A DNA stretch of 64,000 nucleotides, from contig NC_087250.1 of assembly GCF_037042905.1 (NCBI RefSeq), positions 26,476,001-26,540,000 of the forward strand, in the 5' to 3' direction. Under the pieces are notes generated by a model. It was not told where the DNA came from, searched no databases, and worked only from the letters and a program-made list of their open reading frames with translations. The DNA comes from Lytechinus pictus (taxonomy: Eukaryota). Each line of letters opens with the position of its first letter. The first letter of the stretch is position 1. Shown one piece after another: positions 13,325 to 24,713 of the stretch. A program made the position numbers and the translations under genes.

Positions 13325-14749
13325 TATATGTGTGTGTGTGTGATAAAATGTTATACGATATTCATTTCGTGTTTACATAAAATACAAATTTATAAGTTAT
13401 AAAGGCACATTGCTAGTCTCCTTGTACAAAAAAACAATGACGAATTTTCTGTATTAATATTATTTTGCAGTCTCTCTTACAAGGCAACATTCCTACAGTA
13501 CGTCGCATGTCGATATAACGCAACGCTCAGTATTAATTGTACTTAGACTAGTACTTCTTTCATTTTAAAATCTACAGGACATTTTTGTTGTACCAGATAA
13601 GATTTCATTTATGTGTATGTACATGTACGGGCTTATGGGCTGCGTCAAATTGGGAGCGACCACCCAATCTCTCCCAAAGATAGTTAGGTACAATGGAGAA
13701 CGCCCTCACAAAAAAGGAAGAAAGTAGACAGTATCGCAATGGTGCTCTTGGAAAAGAAACTAAGTTAACCCCCCCCCCCTCTCTTCACACTGTTAAATTT
13801 GAGTATTATAATTGTGTGAAACACATATCAAAATAGTTGACTGTGTGAACACACTGTCAACACTATAACACTGTCGAGAGGTCCTGAGTGTGAAAATGTC
13901 TTCGCATGGCTGAATTCGAGCATTCACACTGAGAGTTGCATGACACTGACAGTGTTCTTTCCTGGCGAGAGGTCTGCAGTCTGAGACCCCCTACGTTCAG
14001 ACGGGGTACCATGCCCCCCCCCCCCCCCCACCTTCCATAAAGAAAAAGTTTCACGACAAAGAAAATATGAAAAAAATCGAAGGAGGGGTAAACGTGACAC
14101 TATTTTCTGAATGTCATCTCAATCTATCATAAAATAATATTTTCGCATGAAAAAGGTGAAAAGGGGGTCGCCGGATTTTTTTTATATTGCCCTATATAGG
14201 ATGTCTGGCACCCTCTTGTTGCTCATCGCGCTATTTTCTCTTTTTTAACTTTCTTTAAAAGTGCACCCATCAGTTTAGTTTCATTACAAAAGTTACACTC
14301 TAAAAGGTAGTACCATTCATGTTTTGGGTTTCTGTTCAAGACATTAGAATTAGGTTTGAGAACAGTTTCTTCAGGATGGATCTAAGCCCTACTCCACTTT
14401 ATTAAAACCTATCCTGAAAGTGTTCTGCAAGGGTCCGTTTTAGATCTGGACTATTGAAGTTTTTGATGTAGGTCTCAACCTCAAAATGTGATGTCGGCTA
14501 AGGTATTAAATAAATCGTCACTACGTTTACTTCGGAATTACCAAAAGGAAGTTGTGTTCTAGCCAAATTCCACGTATGTTATCCTAAATATGATATATTT
14601 TTAGATAGAATATATGATTTTCGTGTACACATCCCCCTCCCATCGAAAAAAAATATTCGGAGCCAAACTGTATAGATATAATTCATATGAATCATTGAAT
14701 AGCCGGTGGCAAAAGGGTCACATGAACAAACACAAATAAGAACTCCGTG

Positions 14750-14949
14750 CACTCTAAAAAAGGTTTACCCAATATTGGGTAAAATGGGAACATGCATGTT
14801 GGTTTGGTAAAAAGATACCCAGTATGGTGTCAATTTAACGAAATGTTGCGTTGAAATAACCCAATATGGGGTAAAAAAATACCCAGCAAACATGCATTTT
14901 CCCTTTCTACCTAATAGTGGGTAAAATTTTACTCAGTGTTTTTAGAGTG
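14750..14949. mobile_element. CACT-terminal MITE
   Basis: CACTCTAAAAA...TTTTTAGAGTG. Similar element at ~23650-23885. Confidence 0.7.
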
Positions 14950-15779
14950 TGGAGGATGCAGTGTTTTGTTTATGAAGGTTAGCGAAGTTGTGAGAGAAAG
15001 CGGAATTAAAATAATATATTTTGTTATTTGTCATGCAAAAAAGGACAAAGCAGAAAAATATCGATAAAAAGATAAATAAAAAAAAAACTGTAAGGATAAG
15101 ATAATAATAATAATACGGGTTTGTGAGTAAGACCATATGTTTTTTCAGCCTTGTTCATAAATCATTTTATAATAAGCCATTTTAATGCGCTCATAATTTT
15201 GTAAGCACAAATTCAAATTTGACAGTTCAACCAAAACCATGTATAAAGTAAAGACTAGACTTCAAGCTCTTTGTGTCAAAGAGTCAGCCACAGTACGTAG
15301 TTATTCTAGTGTCACAACTTCAGATTCACCAGGTATTTAAGTGTCTGTGTCTGCAGACTATGCGTATACTAAGATTCACTCTGAACCAGTTTATCAAGTG
15401 ATGGCAGACATGGTGTTGTGCACGTATTCTTTTCTCTACTGTCACGAGTAAGATAATTACAATTTGTGTATTTTTGTATGACTTTGTTTCAACTATGAAA
15501 CCATTGTGGAGAATCTCTTAACAAAATTCATCCGCTGATGTCTCAATTTGACTTATTTTATCATCATTCTGGCGATCGACATTGATCAGCTGATCTGTCA
15601 CGTGATTTTGATCTTAAAGTACATACAGTAGCCTTGATAGCATCACCTGAAGTTATCAATTACTCATATCTGGTCAGGCTCATTACCCACAATGCAACAT
15701 TCTCATTAATGTATTGTAATACAGGCGTACTTGAATCATAACAAACCGCTTCACTCCTCGACACATTCATTTATGACGT

Positions 15780-16081
15780 GGGCGCGTCGTGGTCTAGTGG
15801 TTCTGGCTCTCGCCTTTCAAACAGAGGGTCGTGGGTTCGAATCCTAGCCATGGCGTGCTTTCCTTCAGAAAGAAATTTATCCACACTGTGCTGCACTCGA
15901 CCTGGGTGAGGTGAATGGGTACCCGGTAGGTCTGGCTTAATTCATTGAATGCTATAGCGCCTAGGCAGCCCAGCTAAAGCCGGGGTAATAATAGCAGGGC
16001 CCGCTGGGAGAACAGTTTTCGGAACTGAAGCGGCTACCCTGGGTAAATATACCGCTAATATTATTATTATTATTATCATTA
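15780..16081 (+). mobile_element. tRNA-derived SINE
   Basis: A box TGGTCTAGTGG, B box GGTTCGAATCC, body shared with other copies (TGCTGCACTCGACC...GGTGAATGGGTACC), (ATT)n tail. Confidence 0.9.
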
Positions 16082-16829
16082 TGAATGTAGAACAAAAAAA
16101 CACATTTTTATTCCTTCACACATATAAAATTGTATGCCAATTTTATCCTTTTATAAGTTTGTTCATCTTCTGTATTTTTTTGTATACCTGTTGTTTTTTC
16201 AAAAGGTTTATTTTAAAACAATAGCCATTCATTAAACCATGGAATACAGTCAATGATAGAAAACGCATGGATTTCGTCCTTTGATCCCCCTTTAAACACC
16301 ATTGAACTCTATTTTCATTTTCAAAGTCCTTTAAAGTTTCCCTTGAACTTTGGACCTGTACATATACAGGTAAATTGTAAAGGAATTCGTGCGTCTTGTA
16401 TATGGTTCTATATCTACTGGCTGAAGGTATACTCTATACACTGATACATGTACACTAAAAGGGGGACGCTATTCTAGCATGCAATAAAATGTAATTATCG
16501 ACTTGAAAACTATTTGAACATGGTTCTTGGCAACAATCTGGTGGCACAATAAGCCAGTGCTTTGGGTGCCAAACTTCTGTTTAAAACAATATTTATAATG
16601 TCTAGATCATAATGAGCCACACGAACGTTCGTCTCCTTTAAAATTTAAATTTCTAAGCCATAAAGAAAGTTCGTAAGAACTAAGAACGGAGAGAAGCTCT
16701 TAATTCGAAGTCATGGTAGTAAACATGGTAAAAGGAGGGAAACATTTTGCAATCAGACCATGCAAGGATAAACTGTTAGTATTTGTTTAGCGTGCATGGG
16801 TGCAAATCGCATTTCGAGACGGAACTCTT

Positions 16830-17445
16830 TTATTATTGGGGAAAATCCCTTTTAGAATCAACACCAATTTGAATAAAATCGCGTTCAATTATTAAATACA
16901 TTAAATTTTTCTTTTCTTGTTTTAAAAACCACAAAATTGGGATTTGTCAGATCCGGGGACAAATATATGTTAGTCTTCGCTGGGCATTTTTCTCACAGCT
17001 TTCCGTTATTATCGGGGAAAATCCATTTTAGAATCAACACCAATTTAAATAAAATCGCGTTCAATGATTAAATGCATTAATCATGACATGTTTCTGTAAT
17101 CTTTCGCCTATGAATAGATTTCTTTTTTTTTTTCTTTTCTTGTTTTAACAACCACAAACTTGGGATTCTTCAGATCCGTGGACAAATATCTGTTAGTCTT
17201 CGCTGGACATTTTTCTCACAGCTTTCCGTTATTATTGGGGAAAATCCATTTTAGAATCAACACCAATTTAAATAAAATCGCGTTCAATGATTAAATGCAT
17301 TAATCATGAAATGTTTCTGAAATCTTTCACCTATGAACAGATTTCTTTTTTTTTTCTTTTCTTGTTTTAACAACCACAAACTTGGGATTCTTCAGATCCG
17401 GGGACAAATATTAGTCTTTGCTGGACATTTTTTCACAGCTTTTCA
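16830..17445. repeat. Tandem repeat, three copies of ~175-220 bp
   Basis: TTATT(G/C)GGGAAAATCC.TTTTAGAATCAACACCAATTT recurs at ~16833, ~17007 and ~17229. Confidence 0.9.
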
Positions 17446-17799
17446 TTAAAACATGAATGACTCTGTTGTATGTTATACAAGTACAAATATAATAGGTGGT
17501 GGGATGGTGCTATGTGGTGCTTTTTTTTTAAGAAAGACACAAGTTCGATATTCTAATGTATAATGGACATATCCCCCCCCCAAAAAAAAAAAAAGAATAA
17601 AATGGAATTCCTCGATCAGTTGACAGTAGTCACAGGTTTTCGGAAAAAAACTGAATGTCAAGCCTACTTTAATTGTTCTGTGCATTAAGAGACATTGCTG
17701 TCAAGACTAGCCGTTTGACAAGGCCTCGCGACTTGGCCCCTTTCCTCGTCAAGCGGTGGCTGAGACGAGACTAGCGGCAGACGACGAAAATTGGCGATA

Positions 17800-17848
17800 T
17801 TAGTAGTAGCTGTAGTAGTAATAGTAATAGTAGTAGTAGTAGTAGTAA

Positions 17849-17902
<54 letters not shown>

Positions 17903-18004
17903 AAGTAGTAGTAGTAGTAGTAGTAGAAATAGTAGTAGTAGTAGTGGTAGTAGTAGTAGTAGTAGTAGTAATAGTACTGGTAAAAATTATTATTAGTAGT
18001 AGCT

Positions 18005-18058
<54 letters not shown>

Positions 18059-18222
18059 ATAGTAGTAGTAGTGTAGTAGTAGTAGTAGTAATAATAGCAG
18101 TAGTAGTAGTAGTAGTAGTAGTAGTAATAATAGCAGTAGTAGTAGTAGTAGTAGTAGTAATAGTAGTATAGTAGTATTAGTAGTTGTAGTAGTAGTAGTA
18201 GAAGTAGTAGTAGTAGTATGTG

Positions 18223-18271
<49 letters not shown>

Positions 18272-18309
18272 GAGTAGTAGTAGTAGAAGTAGTAGTAGTA
18301 GTAGTAGGA

Positions 18310-18345
<36 letters not shown>

Positions 18346-18346
18346 T

Positions 18347-18400
<54 letters not shown>

Positions 18401-18401
18401 C

Positions 18402-18442
<41 letters not shown>

Positions 18443-18444
18443 CG

Positions 18445-18517
<73 letters not shown>

Positions 18518-18518
18518 T

Positions 18519-18581
<63 letters not shown>

Positions 18582-18582
18582 T

Positions 18583-18627
<45 letters not shown>

Positions 18628-18658
18628 CTAGTAGTAGTAGTATTAGTAGTAGTAGTAG

Positions 18659-18720
<62 letters not shown>

Positions 18721-18747
18721 TGTAGAAGTAGTAGTAGTAGTAGTTAT

Positions 18748-18794
<47 letters not shown>

Positions 18795-18870
18795 ATAGTA
18801 GTAGTAGTGTAGTAGTAGTAGTAGTAATAATAGCAGTAGTAGTAGTAGTAGTAGTAGTAGTAATAATAGC

Positions 18871-18901
<31 letters not shown>

Positions 18902-18986
18902 ATAGTAGTATAGTAGTATTAGTAGTTGTAGTAGTAGTAGTAGAAGTAGTTGTAGTAGTATGTAGTAGTGGTAGTAGTAGTAGTAC

Positions 18987-19037
<51 letters not shown>

Positions 19038-19075
19038 GAGTAGTAGTAGTAGAAGTAGTAGTAGTAGTAGTAGGA

Positions 19076-19108
<33 letters not shown>

Positions 19109-19112
19109 TTAT

Positions 19113-19210
<98 letters not shown>

Positions 19211-19220
19211 GGTATAGTAG
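17800..19220. repeat. (GTA)n microsatellite, ~1.4 kb
   Basis: Direct inspection; explains the poly-V and poly-S ORFs. Confidence 0.98.
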
Positions 19221-19874
19221 TGTTGTTGCACTGCTAAAACACTGGTGTTACATCCGGTATATCACAAAAAACCAGGCATGTGTTGAAAGAACGGCAGATA
19301 ATAATCCAACCTATATTGTCTTAACACTGACATGTGTTGCTGAAATGCATATCCTGGTGTTACCCTAACGCCAGTCCGGTGTTGTTTCAACACCTGTAAT
19401 GTGTTTCCCGATGTACATATCGAGCTCGTATTAAATTAACACCAATGTTTTTTTGCAGTATGCCCATTGTGACTAATGTTGACATTATTCCTGCTGATTT
19501 AATCATAAAAAAATGATTGATAACAATTATAAAAGTTTGCAAACCATCGTCCTCAAAATACTCTGATACTTGCATTATTCCTTTTATTGTAATGATTTGT
19601 TTTCAATCTATCTCTCTCTCTCTCTCTCTCTCTTTCTTGGACTTACTTGTAATTATGTTATGACAATGATTAGGCTTATAATATTCATTTTACACGTACT
19701 AATATGATTTATTTTGTTATGGATATGGGATTAATTTATACAAACAGTTATTTTATTATTTGACCCCTTCGACATATATTTTTAACTGTAGAAATAAAAT
19801 TGAATTGAATAATCTTTCAAATAAGGTAATATCAATATTATCAATTTTCTTTGTAGATATAGAAGGGCGGGAAG

Positions 19875-20015
19875 ATGGCAAGTACTTTTAAGCTAACGCA
19901 GATGCAACTTTACAAAGTAGCAGAGCAGATCAACCCAGACGACTGGCTGAGCCTTGGGATTCGTCTTGGTTTCGTGTATAGTCAAATCCTGCACTGGAAA
20001 GAAGAATATAAAGGG
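19875..20015 (+). CDS. Gene A exon 1: N-terminal half of a death domain (MASTFKLTQMQLYKVAEQINPDDWLSLGIRLGFVYSQILHWKEEYKG)
   Basis: Acceptor ttctttgtag just upstream, ATG at 19875, donor GT at 20016 (phase 0). The pattern L..VA..I...DW..LG..LG....QI is typical of death-domain helices 1-3. Confidence 0.8.
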
Positions 20016-20029
20016 GTATTACATGCTTG

Positions 20030-20863
20030 GCCACCGTCTTACAGAGAGTTACGATTGATCCAATCAATATCAACTGTATTAAAATTCATCCATACCATAA
20101 TTTCTTCTAAAGGAAATTTACACAATATCCTAAAGAGAATCACAGTGAATCTGCAAGAAAATGATGAATATATGATTATCCCGGGGGGGGGGGGCGCTTC
20201 CATCGATGAGTGCGTACCATGCGCGACCATGGGCTCTCGAAAAGCACCCTAAACACGTATTTTCATTTTTTTGAAAATGCACCCCTTAACAAGTATTGGC
20301 GTGTGAAACCCTACCCTTAACAAGTATTGGAAACAAAACGATACTCTTGGCAAGGTCCCTGAATTGACCCCCTAAACAAGAACAGCGAAATTTTTCGGAC
20401 GTCGGTTTTACCTTCACCTACATCATTGGGTCTAGTACAGCCCCACCTCCCTCATCTCGCCCAAATCGTACTCCAAACACGTAGTGTTGACTCTTTGGGC
20501 AAAAATACATCCTTTATAAAACATTTTAGTATTGATGTTTTACACCCTCGCAAATTTGACCCTAAACACATAGCTTTCCTAGCGACAATATATACCCTTT
20601 TTTCATTAGTTTAGTGTTTTTGACACCCTTATAACGTTACGTACGTAACGTGCCCTATCTTGAAAAAGACAATCTTTTTTACGTGTTTTTTTTTGGTCGC
20701 GCATGGTATTCACTCGTCAATGTAAGTGCCCCCCCCCCCCCCCCCGGATGAATATACATCATATGTAGAAAATATTTTGGAAAAAAATGCATTTTAGATG
20801 TTGACATTGCTGGCAGTACATAGTTGTGATTGATCATTCGAAACTCTTTGTAAGACGGGACCC
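20030..20863. mobile_element. MITE (CCGTCTTAC...GTAAGACGG) interrupted by a second TIR element at 20180-20747
   Basis: The outer family also occurs uninterrupted at ~48840-49124. The inner element has CCGGGG...GAGTGCGTACCATGCGCGACCA TIRs. Confidence 0.75.
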
Positions 20864-21366
20864 TGATAATATACCAATCCAACTATTTCTCTCTCTATCT
20901 CTTTCTTAAAATGGGCGTGGCCTCTTGCAGCACTGTGCAATAAACCGTATAAACAATGCTTTGTATAGACTGTTATGTCAGATATCGAAAACAAATCATG
21001 TTCACACGAGATTTCGCAAGGAATTTTTGTCTGAAATAGGGTCATAATTTGTATTCAATTCAATTACCTTGACTGTGAAGATATCATTTCCTATTACTAG
21101 TAGTATTTAATGTCGAAATCATCATCACGAATGTTCTCATTTATATTGTGCATTGTCTTGATAATATGAAGTTAATGATAGTGTAGAAGGTTTCACGGTA
21201 CACCATGTATCTTTCTTGGCCGATTTTTTGTCCTGGAAAGGACCACCCAAACTCGACGTTTCAACAAGTGTATTCCTGTTTCCCCCAAAGACGACAAAAT
21301 AACACGTCGAAACGTCGAGTTTTGGTGGTTCTTTTCAGGATCAACAATTGCCCAAGAAAGATACAT

Positions 21367-21680
21367 GGGCCCGTATTCTGAAGTCGGGTTTAACTTAAAC
21401 TCGGGTTTAAAGTTGTGGTTTAAGTATGGATAGCCAATTGTTACATAAATCACTAACAGTAGAGATATCATACTTCAGCTCATTTGGCTCTCAAACCATT
21501 CATTATTGTTTAGGAAGTATGAAAAGATTATTGTCTTCACCATCGATGAATCAGGAAAGAGCACAGTAAACATAAGAAACATACAACTTGATAAAAAAAT
21601 GTTGATACTTTTGGCTTCCCATACTTAAACCACAACTTTAAACCACAGTTTAAGTTAAACCCGACTTCAGTATACGGGCC
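21367..21680. mobile_element. MITE with GGCCCGTATTCTGAAGTCGGGTTTAAC TIRs
   Basis: Inverted termini of about 65 bp. Confidence 0.85.
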
Positions 21681-22988
21681 GTGGTGTTCCGTAAAACCTA
21701 CGCTATTCTTCTTCACCATGGAAACCTTCAGGAGTTACATGAAGTAAATGAATTATCATTATAATCAAAAGGAAGAGTGACAGCCTTATCCACATTTTTA
21801 TACCCAACCTTGCTGAATCCAAGGGGAACTTTACCCTGACGAAAAGTTCGTTGTATGAATAGCCCTAAAATAATTAAATAGCTGTTGAAGATTTGAGGAA
21901 AATTCGCCAAAGGTTAAATAAAAATATGTTATTTTTGAATTTGTTACGTTATATACATGCACGAGAAGCTGGCCCATCGGTTATGCAATAAAACATGCGT
22001 AATTTTTTTTTCTTTTAGACTACTTCCATGATCGGATGTAAGCTAATTTGTTTATCAATATGCTGAAGGTACAATAAAAAATTATTAAATTTTTACCATA
22101 TGAAACGAATGAAAGCTGCTCGCATATGACGTAAAAAAAAACCCTTAAGTTTTATTATTTGATTGATTTACCTCAAACCTTCACCAATACGTCTTTGAAT
22201 GAATGTTTTCTGTTATTTTTGCAATAAACTTTTTGTCAGGGTGACCTTTAAAGTGGTAAATGCAACATTTAGAAAAAAAGGTTTGTCACTCCGATCTTTT
22301 AACTGTTAATTTAATATATCAATGTTCAGTGTGTACTATACAGCGTTCCCTTGTATAATTTGTTCAATACAGAATATAAAACCATGCTAATGTTCCTGGC
22401 CGACCTCCAATCCCCACCCCCTCCCCAACTCTGACTGTCTATCTCTCTTTTTCTTTTTGTCAAGTTGGGATCCTATGAAAGAGAAGCCACTTTCGTCAAT
22501 GCCCAATTAAGCCAACACCTTCTATTGACTGCTTCTACTGAAGTGGAAGGAGGGGGGGGGGGTTCTCCCTCTGTCTTTTGGGGCAATTAGGGAATATTCG
22601 CTCACCTACGTGCGAATGATTCAAGAACAGAGTAAATCCTTTAAATGCCCGTGCAATTACAAAAAGCTGGGGGTCTTTGTCGAAAATTAGTAAATCGGAA
22701 CAGCAGTTTCGTGTTAAGTGTCAGAGCTGACGAAAATTTGCAAATATGTAGTACGTTTTGAATAGAGGTCTGAACTGCTGTGTTGATTCACCAATTTTTG
22801 ACAAAGACTTCTATGTTGTTCTTCGTCATGACTGGCATTCGACATCTGTAAGCCGCTAAGACAAAATTCATTGTCAGCTTCCCTCTCAAAAAGGGCCAAT
22901 ATAGGACTCCCTTCTATCAACAACGCCTATCATCAATGATGACATTTATTCAATTTCTCACTCCCACACCCATAATAAAACTCGAAAG

Positions 22989-23133
22989 GATATCAAGAAT
23001 GGGATTTTCAATATGCTGCTCACCTGGCTTGACATGTATCCCAACTATACCCAGCCGGACGCAAGGAAGTTCTTGATAGACCAATTCAAAGAAATGGAAC
23101 GGATGGATCTGGCGCACTTGCTTACCAAAACAG
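22989..23133 (+). CDS. Gene A exon 2: C-terminal half of death domain 1 (DIKNGIFNMLLTWLDMYPNYTQPDARKFLIDQFKEMERMDLAHLLTKT)
   Basis: AG at 22987-88, donor GTAAGA at 23134. Joins exon 1 in frame. ML..W and L...F..MER.DLA are death-domain helix 4-6 signatures. Not present in the supplied ORF track. Confidence 0.8.
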
Positions 23134-24108
23134 GTAAGATAAATGTTCACCCTGATTAAAGAGATGTTTTAATAATACGCATAAACATAAATAATACTAT
23201 TATGATGGCATAAGAAAAATCCATTAGATAATGAGAAAGAGGAATTAGCACATATCTGAATTTGTGATGACATCCTTAAATTCTTGTTTTATAAGGTTCA
23301 CGATGACTGGACTGATTTGTTTCGGATATAAAATGGCGTTTCTGATGACTTTATATCTCACATAAATAAAATCATTCTCATTTCTTAAGTAAATGACATG
23401 AAAAACGAATGACCGATTTGAATGAAGATAACTCTGTATAAAACACATTGCTCAAATATTTTTTTTCACAATTTTTCTTCAAATTTTAGAAGTCGGTTTC
23501 GTACCACCCCATAAAGTTGCAGTCATTGGTTCATCGAGACAATTCGAGTACGAGGTCAGGACTTATCAGCAAGAAAAGGGTACGTTTTCCAACTTGGTTT
23601 TGGTTTAATGGGGGGGGGGCACTCATGTATATAATGTCAGTTTGTGTACACTCTAGAAAAATATTGGGTAAAAGTGATCCATAGTGGTAATTTTGTGTCC
23701 AACCAACATTCAGCATTTCTTTTGGGCATTTTTATTTATCCAGTGTGATGAAAATTTTGCCCATTCTAAAGTAATTGCTGCTTATTTTTAACCTTACCGG
23801 ACAATACGTTTCCCGCAATGGGTAAAATACTGTCCCAAATTGGTTGGACAAATAAATACCCTCGTGGTGGTAATTTTTTTACAGTGTATATGCGGCCCCA
23901 AGCCCCCTTTTACACGCATCTCCCGTTTTCACTAACCAACTGGTTCGAAGACCCCAGTTTATATCACATAAGGAAGTACCAGTTCTTAGTGTTGCCAACA
24001 GTGTGACATCGCTGCCTGATCGCAGTCCACGTCGTTCGTGCTATGGTACTAAATGGTACAATACAAAATTTGACATTAAACATCTCTCATGAACACTTTC
24101 TTTCCCAG

Positions 24109-24498
24109 AACTTTCATTCAGGGTGTCCATGCATTCGAGCGAGGGACAGGTACCGCTCTCTCTGATCTTAGACTGCCTGACCGAACCTAACGAGTTTGCC
24201 ATCAGGCTGTGTACATGCATCCATATACTCGGACTAAGACTCATCCGGATGCAACTACCCGACGATGGAACCGGAAGTAGTATGAAGGTCACGGTCGCTG
24301 CGATTGATGAAGATGTCGTTCTTGAGTTGCAGAAGAGGGTGAAGTCATTACCGAATCACTTTGCAGATGACCTGAAGGATGTCATTTGCAAACATATTGC
24401 CGATGGTATGGAGAGGTCAACAATTTCTCTGAAAACCTGGTTCTCTGAGAAGGACGAGAAGGACATTGGACAGATCATCGAAGACTTTCGAAAAGAAG
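24109..24498 (+). CDS. Gene A exon 3: ~130-aa alpha/beta domain, possibly TRADD-N-like
   Basis: Acceptor tttcccag, donor GTATGC, phase 1-1, open frame matching ORF 24123-24527. Confidence 0.75.
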
Positions 24499-24713
24499 GT
24501 ATGCGAAAATTCCAAACCAGAACGTAATTTTGTACTATTTTCCCCTGCATGAGTATGGGGTTGTATTGCATAGTATTGAAAAACATCATCTTCTACCCCC
24601 CCCCCCCCCCACTCCCCTGCAATTTTCCTTTTTTGGGAAAATGGGGGTACGAACTGAAGCATGTATTATCCAACACTCACCATACTTTCTGACTGCCCTG
24701 CCATTGTAGTCTG

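Noticed and set aside
15240..15450. TATA-like GTATAAAG plus donor-like sites as the gene A promoter/5' UTR exon
   Set aside because: Plausible, but such motifs are common in AT-rich DNA and there is no independent support.
15780..15855. tRNA gene candidates (also at 37555-37632 and 55007-55070)
   Set aside because: A/B boxes run on into a SINE body and tail or are degenerate, with no proper acceptor stem. These are SINE heads.
17791..19237. Poly-Val/poly-Ser ORFs
   Set aside because: They are translations of the (GTA)n microsatellite.
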